Shown: positions 13,401 to 25,400 of the stretch, one piece after another | Layout of the letters: every line of letters begins with the position of its first letter | Numbering within the stretch: position 1 is the first letter of the stretch | Assembly (NCBI RefSeq): GCF_046119375.1 | Contig: NW_027362768.1 | Location: 375,100,001 to 375,164,000, forward strand | DNA: 64,000 nt | DNA from: Phyllobates terribilis | Lineage: Eukaryota | Direction of reading: 5' to 3' | Translations under genes and position numbers: made by a program | The notes under the pieces: generated by a model | What the model was told of the DNA's origin: nothing | Seen by the model: only the letters and a program-made list of their open reading frames with translations | Databases searched by the model: none

Positions 13401-16400
13401 CAGCGATGGTTCTGGAGAGGTCTTTTGACCATGGGAAAACTTGGAGACCCTACAAGTACTTTGCTATTAACTGTACAGCAACTTTCAGCCTCCAGGATGA
13501 CCTGAATGAGGAAGGGTCACTGTGCACCTCGCGGTACTCGGACGCCTGGCCCTGCACAAGAGGAGAGGTGAGTGTGGCCCAAATGTGAAAATGCACCAAA
13601 AGCAACCAAGATAACTTATCATTTCACATTTTATAATATTGTCAACCAGTCATCACTGACTTGGGGTACAGGATAATGACACTGATACTCGGGGTACAGG
13701 ATAATGACGCTGACACTCGGGGTACGGGATAATGACACTGACACTCGGGTTACAGGATAATGACACTCGGGTTACAGGATAATGACACTGACACTCGGGG
13801 TACGGGATAATGACACTGACACTCGGGGTACAGGATAATGACACTAACACTCGGGGTATAGGATAACTACACTGACACTCGGGGTACAGGATAACTACAC
13901 TGACACTCGCGGGTACAGGATAATGGCACTCGGGGTGCAGGATAATGGCACTCGGGGTGCAGGATAATGACACTGACACTAGGGGTACAGGATAATGACA
14001 CTGACACTCGGGGTACAGAATAATGACACTGACACTCGGGGTACAGGATAATGACGCTGATACTCAGGGTACAGGATAATGACACTGACACTCGGGGTAC
14101 AGGATAATGACGCTGACACTCGGGGTACAGGATAATGACGCTGACACTAGGGGTACAGGATAATGACACTGACACTAGGGGTACAGGATAATGACACTGA
14201 CACTCGGGGTACAGGATAATGACACTGACACTCGGGGTACAGAATAATGACACTGACACTCGGGGTACAGGATAATGACGCTGACACTCAGGGTACAGGA
14301 TAATGACGCTGACACTCGGGGGTACAGGATAATGACGCTGACACTCGGGGTACGGGATAATGACACTGACACTCGGGGTACAGAATAATGACGCTGACAC
14401 TCGGGGTACAGGATAATGACGCTGACACTCGGGTTACAGGATAATGGCACTCGGGGTGCAGGATAATGGCACTCGGGGTGCAGGATAATGGCACTCGGGG
14501 TGCAGGATAATGACACTGACACTAGGGGTACAGGATAATGACACTGACACTAGGGGTACAGGATAATGACACTGACACTCAGGGTACAGGATAATGACAC
14601 TGACACTCGGGGGTACAGGATAATGACACTGACACTCGGGGTACAGGATAATGACGCTGACACTCGGGGTACAGGATAATGACGCTGACACTCGGGGTAC
14701 AGGATAATGACGCTGACACTCGGGTTACAGGATAATGACAATGACACTCGGGGTACAGGATAATGACACTGACACTCGGGGTACAGGATAATGACAATGA
14801 CACTCGGGGTACAGAATAATGACGCTGACACTCGGGGTACAGGATAATGACGCTGACACTCAGGGTACAGGATAATGACGCTGACACTCAGGGTACAGGA
14901 TAATGACGCTGACACTCGGGGTACAGGATAATGACGCTGACACTCGGGGTACAGGATAATGACGCTGACACTCAGGGTACAGAATAATGACACTGACACT
15001 CGGGGGTACAGGATAATGACGCTGACTCTCGGGGTACAGGATAATGACACTGACACTCGGGGTACAGGATAATGACGCTGACACTCAGGGTACAGGATAA
15101 TGACAATGACACTCGGGGGTACAGGATAATGACGCTGACACTCGGGTTACAGGATAATGACAATGACACTCGGGTTACAGGATAATGACACATGGGGTAC
15201 AGGATAATGACACTGACACTCGGGGTACAGGATAATGACACTGACACTCAGGGGTACAGGATAATGACGCTGACACTCAGGGGTACAGGATAATGACACA
15301 TGGGGTACAGGAAATTACACTGACACTCGGGGGTACAGGATAAAGACACATGGGGTACAGGATAATGACACTGACACCAGGGGGTACAGGATAACGAAAC
15401 ATGGGGTACAGGGTAATGACACTGACATTCGGGGGTACAGGATAACGAAACATGGGGGTACAGGATAACGACACATGGGGTACAGGATAATGACACTGAC
15501 ACTCAGAGTAAAGGATAACGACACATGGGGTACAAGGCAGTGACTTTTCTTTGCACAGTTTGTTACCCCTATACCACTGGTGGACCAAGAGCGAGAAGGG
15601 CCCCTGTGCATATGGGCCCTTTGCAGCCCAACTCCTAAAAATGCAAAATTGCACCTGCTTTGGAGGTATAAATGGGCCCCCTTACTTCTCGAGCCCCTGT
15701 GCGGCCGCACAGGTTGCACCAATGATATATCCGCCCCTGCCCCATACTCTACATTGCTGGATCCATTAGGCAGACATATTCATTACTAGTGTACGAGGCG
15801 CTCACTTGTCTGACTTCATTCATGAGATTATTCTGCTTTGTTTCATCTCGTACAGCGGCCAAATCTCATGCGTCTGTGATGAGATCAGTTTTTCCTCCAC
15901 AGTTTCCAGGGAGGACGGAGGAGCAAAGCATCGTTATGATTTAGAAATACATTTCAGGATCATTCATTTTCTGCCCCAAGTCATTTCCTAATATATCTTT
16001 ATAAGGCTGTGTGCCCACGAAAAACGCTGCAGAAACGCTTAAAAAATGCTTGGTAGAAGGCCTGCCATGTCCCCCAATGATAATCCGCATGTTCTGTGCA
16101 CATGCTGCGGAAATTTCTGCTGTGGATTATCATTGCGGAAAGAAACGCAGCACTACCAATTATTTTGCGGAAGCGCTGCGTTTTCGCCGCCATTGACTTG
16201 CATTAGATGGCATGGATTCCGCTTCACTAGATAAGGACATGCGGAATGCTCGCGTTCTAATGTGCAGATGGTACCCGGGTGTGGCGGACAGGAGACTCTC
16301 CTCCGGACCCGGGTACCATAGAACCTGTGAAAAAAAGAATAAAATAAAAAATGAAGATTATACTTACCTTCTGGCGGCCCCCGCTGCTCTCGTGCTTTCA

Positions 16401-19400
16401 TGCTGGCAGCTAGCGATGGACTGAAGGACCTGCGCTGACGTCATAGTCATGTGACGGGTCACGCGACGCCGACGTCGGCAGGTCCTTCAGTGTACCGCTG
16501 CCAGCAAGGGAGAACGGAGGGAATCAAGACAACGGGGGCCATCGGAAGGTAAGTATAGATTTATTTTTTAGTTTTTACCATTCTTTTACGGTCACACTAT
16601 ATAAATCCATGCCGGTTGCATGGATTTATATAGTGTGACCAAGTTGTCAAGCACTTTCCAAGTGATGCTAAAATCGCTTGTCAACCCACATGCGGAAATA
16701 CAAGTGAAGAACGCTTCACATCCGCATGTCCCTGGCAGGAAAAACGCATGTACAATCCACATGTACAATCCGCATGTACAATCCACATGAGTTTTTTTCT
16801 GCCAGGGAGATGCAGAAACGCTCAGGAAAAATCCGGAGCATTTCTGCATCGTGGGCACATAGCCAAATGGTCAGTGTCAATCTCCAAAACTTTTGATGCC
16901 TGTTGTCACCACAAGAGGGAGCTGATCTGTTAACCACTAGGAAAACCTATCCTTAATATTCCCCACACCGGCGGCATTGCAGTGATGTCAGCACCGGGTC
17001 TCCGAGAGAGGTGGTTGCAGACAGAATCTTATCCTCTATCTCTGTATACAGAGAGCTCCCCCTAGTGGTGACTGCAGACAGAAACTTATCCTGTATCTCT
17101 GTATACAGGGAGCTCCCCCTAGTGGTGGCTGCAGACAGGATCTTATCATGTATCTCTGTATACAGGAAGCTCCCCCTACTGTTGGCTGCAGACAGAATCT
17201 TCTCACGTATCTCTGTATACAGGGAGCTCCCCCTAGTGGTGGCTGCAGACAGGATCTTATCATGTATCTCTGCATACAGGGAGCTCCCCCTAGTGGTGGC
17301 TGCAGACAGAATCTTATCATGTATCTCTGTATACAGGGAGCTCCCCCTAGTGGTGGCTGCAGACAGAATCTTCTCACATATCTCTGTATACAGGGAGCTC
17401 CCCCTAGTGGTGGCTGCAGACAGAATCTCCTCACTTATCTCTGTATATAGGGAGCACCCCCTAGTGGTGACTGCAGACAAGATCTTATCATGTATCTCTG
17501 TATACAGGGAGCTCCCCCTAGTGGTGGCTGCAGACAGGATCTTATCATGTATCTCTGTATACAGGGAGCTCCCCCTAGTGGTGGCTGCAGACAGAATCTT
17601 ATCATGTATCTCTGTATTCAGGGAGCTCCCCCTAGTGGTGGCTGCAGACAGAATCTTATCATGTTTCTCTGTATACAGGGAGCTCCCCTTAGTGGTGGCT
17701 GCAGACAGAATCTTATCATGTATCTCTGTATACAGGGAGCTCCCCCTAGTGGTGGCTGCAGACAGAATCTTATCATGTATCTCTGTATACAGGGAGCTCC
17801 CCCTAGTGGTGGCTGCAGACAGAATCTTATCCTGTATCTCTGTATACAGGGAGCTCCCCCTAGTGGTGGCTGCAGACAGAATCTTATCCTGTATCTCTGT
17901 ATACAGGGAGCTCCCCCTAGTGGTGGCTGCAGACTGAATCTTATCATGTATCTCTGTATACAGGGAGCTCCTCCTAGTGGTGGCTGCAGGCAGAATCTTA
18001 TGTATCTCTGTATACAGGGAGCTCCCCCTAGTGGTGGCTGCAGACAGGATCTTATCATGTATCTCTGTATACAGGGAGCTCCTCCTAGTGGTGGCTGCAG
18101 ACAGAATCTTATCATGTATCTCTGTATACAGGGAGCTCCCCCTAGTGGTGGCTGCAGACAGGATCTTATCATGTATCTCTGTATACAGGGAGCTCCTCCT
18201 AGTGGTGACTGCAGACAGAATCTTATCTTGTATTGGTGGCTTGAATTGTGTTATTTACCTCGTTTTCTGCAGCGAGGTTTGAGCTGTGTAACTGTAAAAT
18301 CAAGTTTCATCAATAATAAATAGATGTTATAAAGTTAATTAACACAAAATTTTGGGTCACTTTAAATAGCAAAAATCAAAATGAAATATACCCAGTGCTG
18401 AGGTCTAACGCCTCTGTTATATTGAGCAATGATATGAATGCAGGATGGCAGCACCTGTAATTGGGGTGCGCATAGCTTGTGGCAATATTATTTGTGGTAA
18501 TTAGCGTTAATATATTTGAATTACATTCAGTTCATTGCTGTTTGAAAAATTTTAACTTATTGACTCCATAAAGGAACTTCTCACTAAACAAAGGGTTAAT
18601 TGCATAGAGGAACCCATCTGCCCCCCTGCCTCATAACAGAACCATGGGGGTCCTAGGCGCTGCCCGTCAGTAGAGGGGTAGACACACTTGTGTCAGCGGC
18701 GCTGAAATTCCATTTCTTCCCGACTGCTGCAATAGAATAGAGCATTTTTGTGGCACAGCGGGGTGAGCATCTCCTAAACAGTGGGGGGCTGGGACATCGG
18801 ACTGTCGCTGCTGGGGATGAGGGAGGTTATTAGAAATGTTCATGACAGTTGACCGGGCATGAATACTGTGACGCAGATCACGCTGCATGTGCAGTCACAA
18901 CAGAGCGCCTGTGCCTGTGCGATGTGCTGCGATGAATAAGCCTCAATTATTCTTATTATCCCGGATCCACAATATATAGCACTGCATTCCTCTGTCAGTA
19001 TGTCTGCACTCACATCCAGAGCTGCATCCAAAATTCTGCTGAATGCCACCTAGCAGAGGTCACTGCCTAAGCCGAGTTCCTGTAATTACCCAATATATAG
19101 CACTGCCTTAGTCTGTAGTATATTATGTAAGAAAGTCACATTAAGGGTTATGTGCCCACGGTCTGGAGCCGCCTGCGACCCCTATGCTGCGGGATAGCCG
19201 CGCGGCTTCCACTCATTATGCAAATGAGCTGCACGATTTTTTTTTTTACATGCGGATTTTCCTCATAGATGTTAGTCTATGGGGAAAGTCCACACGTGGA
19301 CCCACAAGAGAAGAAATTGACATGCTGCGGTCCTGAAAAACGCGCCGCATGTCAGTTTCCGCAGGTGTAGAGAGACGCACAGTGGACATGGGATTTCTAG

Positions 19401-22400
19401 ACATTCATCTACTATGCTGTAACATCTGGACGCTGCGGCTTTGACGCTGCATAATATGCAGCATCATACCCCCAGCGGCACATGCCCTTAGGCCACAGCC
19501 CCACTATCAGTATTCGGTCAGTATTTCTTCTCAGGAGTGGGAGACAAAACCAGGAGTGGGTGATAAATGCAGAATTGGTGACTTGTTTCTATTCTACCTT
19601 TTCTCTGATTGCTCCTCACATGGTTTTTGCTCCCACTCCTGAGAAAAAATACTGACCGAATACTGATAGTGGGGCCGGGGTCTAAGGCAGTGTTCTCACG
19701 TTGCGGCTGCAGGGCAGTTTTCTCACTACAATGTTTTAGCCATGATTGGTGAAAATTTCAGCAAAACAGTATGTTTTTTTGTCATGTTGCGGCAAAAAAC
19801 GCATCTCGGCCTCAACGTGTGAATGTAGCCCAAGAGCTGCATTCAGAATTCGGCAGGATGCCACATGGCGGATGTCACTTCATCTGGCTCTTATAATACA
19901 GCACAGACATGACATTCCTCCCTCAATGCAACACAACAGAGAACTGAACAGTGAACAGCTGTGAGACTTCAGGTCAGGCATTCTGCAAGATAAAAAATAA
20001 AGCAGAACTGGGTCTGCAGCTCTGGAGGTGACTGCAGCTCTGGAGGTGACTGCAGCTCTGGAGGTGACTGCAGCTCTGGAGGTGATTGGAGCAGGAGTTG
20101 TTAAGATTTACTAATGTATTTTTGGGTGTATTACATTGTAATTATGGTAACTTTGTGTTTGCATACCCCTCTTCCTTCCAGGTGATATTTCGAGCCCTAA
20201 ATCCGGCTAATAGGATTGAGGATCCCTACAGTCCTCAGGCACAAGATCTGCTGAAGATCACTAACCTGAGACTTCTGCTCTTAAAGAGACAGGACTGTCC
20301 ATGTCAGACTGTGCCCGGGTTACAGGAGAAGCCCCAAAGATTTGCTTACTACGCCATTTATGATCTGATCGTACGTGGAAGCTGTTTGTGCAATGGACAT
20401 GCGGAGGCGTGTGAGCAGGTGGGGAGCAAGCCAGGAGCCGAGGCTGCTGTGAGTAAAGGGGCAGAGCAGACATCTATTACTCCTATCAATGTAACAGGGG
20501 CTGCTTGGCTTTCACAGTTGTCAGACATCACATTGCCCATAGAGATTGTCAGCCAGAAGAGCAAATAGAAGTGCATGACTGTACAGACATTAGTCCGCTC
20601 AGTCCCGGAGTACTTTTGCTTTACTGGTCTTTTTTATGTTTTTTTTTTTAATTATTTTTGTTCATCCAATTTTTCCTAATTTTTTAAGACCTAGATGCCA
20701 ATGACAGGAATGTTCTTGTTTAGATCTAGAGGCAGAAAAATCATCCTGACTTAATACTTTGCTACAAGGTATCCAGTCCAGAAAATCTTTTGTGAATTAA
20801 ATAGTAAGAACTCTTTGGCTATGTTCACACGTTGCGTTTTTGCTGCGTTTTTTTTCTGCAGCAAAACCTGCTCTCTTACTGCCCCCAAAAAAGGAGATTT
20901 TCCTGAGATTTTGCTACCTTTTTTTTTGCTGCGTTTTTGGTGTGTTTTTTTTTTTTTTTACGGCAGTTTTGTCAGTGTTCATTTGTCTCTTGTGCATGCT
21001 GATAAAGTTTAGTGCCCAAAAAAATAACTTCAACTTCCTCAGGTTTTGGCACCAAAAATGCTGCAAAACCTGATACCTGCGTGTGTTTTTTTTTTTTTTA
21101 GCGTTTTTTCCACTACCCATTGCTTTCAATGGGTGAAAAAAAGCTGGAAAAAATGCTGAAAGAAGTGACATGCTGCATTTTGCACAAAATACTGCAGACA
21201 AAAAAAACCAAGCTGTGTGCATGAGATTTACTGAAATCTCATTGACTTTGCTGGTATTGTAAAACGCAGATAAAAATTTGCATTAAAAAATGAAAAAACT
21301 CAACGTTTGAACAAAGCCTAAGACTATATGCACACATTACATTTCTGCATCTCTTGGCAGGAAAAACACAGCAGCAGCTACATTTTTTACTTGCGTTTTT
21401 GGCGCAGATTTTTCCCTCACTCCTTAGTATGAAATAATTGACGCTGTAAATTTAAATCTGCACCAAATCTGCAAGTCACAAATAATCAACGTGTGCACGA
21501 GACTTCAGGATTCACATTCACTTTACTGAATCAGGAAACCCTTCAAGTTTTGTGACAAATCTGCACTGAAAAAACACAGAAGAAATGCAACGTGTGCACA
21601 CGGCCAAAGATGAGATACGGTATTTTCCCTGCACCGATACATTGTACCGAATCAGACAGAAGAGTGATTTGTACTGCTGTAGATGTACTATGTGTGTCCA
21701 TTTAACCCCATTTTCAAGACCTCTGTCTGTTGAAAGTAAATCATTACATTTTTGTTTACATGAAGAGGCTGAAAACCCATCCTGATCGAACACTACTTAC
21801 AGCTGTGGATTTGCTGCAATGTATCTAGTGTAGAGAATTCTCTGACTCCAGTTTACATCTTACTTGGCTGATAGTTTGCTATAATGTATCAGTGCATGAG
21901 AATGATTTGTGGCAAGTATTTCACTCACATAGGAATGTCTGGACTGGATGCAGTTGTAACAAACCCTCAGCACAAAGTTTCAGGTATAGGCGGGCTTTCA
22001 CCCTGTGGATGTTATAAAGAATGGTCCATTCAATGACAGCAATCAGAGCTCAGAAAAAAATTGAAATGCAAAAGGATTGGTTCATCAGTTGCAAAAGAAA
22101 ATTTAAGTCACTTCTCTTTTTTTTTTTGTCTTGTGGTTTTCGTTCACCTTTTATTTCTGCTCCAAATGTATCACAATGGTGCACATAGCTCACAAGTTTT
22201 GCACCGAATCAAAAATGCTCTGTATTTTTTTTGCTACTTTATACATCAAAAAGTTGCATGTTCTGCTAAAATGTGCTAAAAAATGTGCTCCAGTCCATAA
22301 GATTACTCCTGGGGACTGGAGTGCATTTGTGCTAAGATTGTCTGGTGTCTCGGGGACAACTATCCAGTGTCATTACACAGTGAGCATGAGGCCGCGGGCG

Positions 22401-25400
22401 GACATATCATTGGTGCCGTCTGTGTAGCCGCACAGGGGCCAGGAGGTCAGGGGGCCACATTCAGCTCCAAAGCAGGAGGAATAGTGCATTCTGATGAGAT
22501 ATTGGGTTACACAGGGCCCATATACTGCTCTTGCACAGGGGCCCTCTTCTGTCTGTGGCCATCACTGCATGAGGCCCTGGGGGGATGCTGGCACAACCTG
22601 ACCTCCACAGTGAAGGGGTGGCCGGATCAACTAACCCCTCACCCCACCCCATGCATATCTCTCAGCTGGCAGCGCTCCAACAGGGATGTGACCCAGCCCT
22701 AAACATAGCCCCCGCAATCCCGGGTTCAGCAAAATGTTAATGCTCAGACATTGACAGCTCCAACTGCGAGCGACTTGCCCTTTGTGGGGTATATAATCTG
22801 ACGCTGGAATAGTTTCCTGCTAATTGTTTTAGGGCAGGGGGTCCCCAAGCTGAGGCTCGCGGGCCCATGATGTGTGGATCACGGCTGTCTGCCACTTTGC
22901 AGCATTAGCACCAGGTATAACAAACATATCTGGATGCTCATACGGGGATGGGGGGATAGGCTGACCCTACCGTAGAGGGGTGCTCGAAGCTGGGTACAAT
23001 AGTGTGGTAAGTCTGCTCATTGGGGCTGAAGTGGATGTGAGAATCCTGCCTCTAGGGACGTCTTTATACCCAGTTCTTGGTGTCACTAGTGGGGAGAGCA
23101 GGCACTGAATGTGGCTCTCGATGTTAGGAAGATTAAGGACCCTGTATTAGGGCAAAGACCTAGATGAATGTAGAGGGGTAAGGAGTCCTCGGGGGCAGGT
23201 TTGGCCCCTGATTTTTCCTTGTGGCCCTTCGTCTGATATATTTGCTCCCCGATCCTGCAGAATCCCTCCTGATTTTCTGCAGATGCCCTCGCTGTATGTT
23301 CCTCTTGATTCCCTGCAGGGGGTCACGTCCAGCAGCGGCTCCAGGCCGGTGGCTCCAGGTCACCCGAGGTGACTCTTGTTTTTGCACACAGACATTTCTT
23401 AGTGGATTTAGCACATTCCTTCTATAACCCTCCTCCGTTTCCAGTAGTTATCTCCTGTCCAAACATCTTGTGCCTTCACCCTGATAATCCCCAGCAGTTT
23501 CCAAACTATCTGATCTAGGCCGTGCCAGGCTTGGTGACCTCCAGGCACGGTGCAGCTCTGCTGCTGGGTCGGCAATTCAAAGACCAGCTGGATGGAGGAG
23601 AAAAAAAGTCTGCCTGGGTCCTGTGCCAAAAACCATCCCAGACAGTGACATGAGCTGCCGAGCGGGCGCAGCCGGGGGGCGCTGCCTCTGCACATGGAGC
23701 CGCTGTGCCCCCCAGATTACAAACGGCAGAATAATGTGATTCAAAGGAACAATGAAGGGCAGCGGCCGATCATATCCAGGCCTGACCCAGATATTCTATG
23801 ATGGAAGACGCCCGATCTCCGTCATCCGAGGACGACCGGCACCGAATTATTGTTAAATACAGTGGGTACGGAAAGTATTCAGACCCCGTTAAATTTTTCA
23901 CTCTTTGTTTCATTGCAGCCATTTGGTAAATTCTAAAGTTCATTTTTTTTCTCATTAAACTCCACTCTGCCCCATCTTGACTGAAAAAAAACAGAAATGT
24001 AGAAATTTTTGCAAATTTATTAAAAAAGAAAAACTGAAATATCATAAGTCTTCAGACCCTTTGCTCAGTATTGAGTAGACCCCTTTTGAGCTAGTACAGC
24101 CATGAGTCTTCTTGGTAATGATGCAACAAGTTTTTCACGCCTGGATTTGGGGATCCTCTGCCATTCTTCCTTGCAGATCCTCTCCAGTTCCATCAGGTTG
24201 GATGGTGAACGTTGGTGGACAGCCATTTTCAGGTCTCTCCAGAGATGCTCAATTGGGTTTAGGTCAGGGCTCTGGCTGGGCCAGTCTAGAATGGTCACAT
24301 AGTTGTTCTGAAGCCACTCCTTTGTTATTTTAGCTGTGTGCTTAGGGTCATTGTCTTGTTGGAAGGTGAAACTTCGGCCAAGTCTGAGGTCCAGAGCACT
24401 CTGGAAGAGGTTTTCATCCAGGATATCTCTGTACTTGGCCGCGTTCATGTTTCCTTCAATTGCAACCAGTCATCCTGTTCCTGCAGCTGAAAAACACCCC
24501 CATAGCATGATGATGCCACCACCATGTTTCACTGTTGGGATTGTATTGGGCAGGTGATGAGCAGTGCCTGGTTTTCTCCACACATACCGCTTAGAATTAT
24601 TACCAAAAAGTTCTATCTTCGTCTCACCAGACCAGAGAATCTTATTTCTCATAGTCTGGGAGTCCTTCATGTGTTTTTGAGCAAACTCTATGCGGGCTTT
24701 CATATGTCTTGCACTGAGGAGAGGCTTCCGTCGTGCGACTCTGCTATAAAGGCCCGACTGGTGGAGGACTGCAGTGATAGTTGACTTTGTGGAACTTTAT
24801 CCCATCTCCCTACTGCATCTCTGGAGCTCAGCCACAGTGATCTTGGGGTTCTTCTTTACCTCTCTCACCAAGGCTCTTCTCTCACGATTGCTCAGTTTGG
24901 CTGGACGGACAGGTCTTGGAAGACTTCTGGTGGTCCCAAACTTCTTCCATTTAAGGATTATGGAGGCCACTGTGCTCTTAGGAACCTTGAGTAATGCAGA
25001 AATTCTTTTGTAACCTTGGCCAGATCTGTGCCTTTCCACAATTCTGTCTCTGAGCTCCTTGGGCAGTTCCTTTGAGCTCATGATTCTCATTTGGTCTGAC
25101 ATGCACTGTGAGCTGTGAGGTCTTATATAGACAGGTGTGCGCCTTTCCAAATCAAGTCCTGTCAGTTTAATTAAACACAGCTGGACTCAAATGAAGGAGT
25201 AGAACCATCTCAAGGAGGATCACAAGGAAATGGACAGCATGTGACTTAAATATGAGTGTGTGAGCAAAGGGTCTGAATACTTATGACCATGTGATATTTC
25301 AGTTTTTCTTTTTTAATACATTTGCAAAAATGTCTACATTTCTGTTTTTTTCAGTCAAGATGGGGTGCAGAGTGTACTTTAATGAGAAAAAAAATGAACT

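Noticed and set aside
12794-13432. 212-aa ORF on the - strand
   Set aside because: Antisense shadow of netrin-like exon 2, with no recognisable domain.
13653-18323. Many long ORFs with periodic sequence ([10 protein letters not shown]..., [19 protein letters not shown]..., up to 308 aa)
   Set aside because: They are translations of the 28-bp and 57-bp tandem repeats, open in several frames and on both strands, lie inside an intron and show no protein-family signal.
22860-23857. GC-rich segment that might be a retroelement (gag/LTR) remnant hosting the Tc1
   Set aside because: I could not identify a convincing zinc knuckle, RT motif or LTR pair; needs a repeat-library search.
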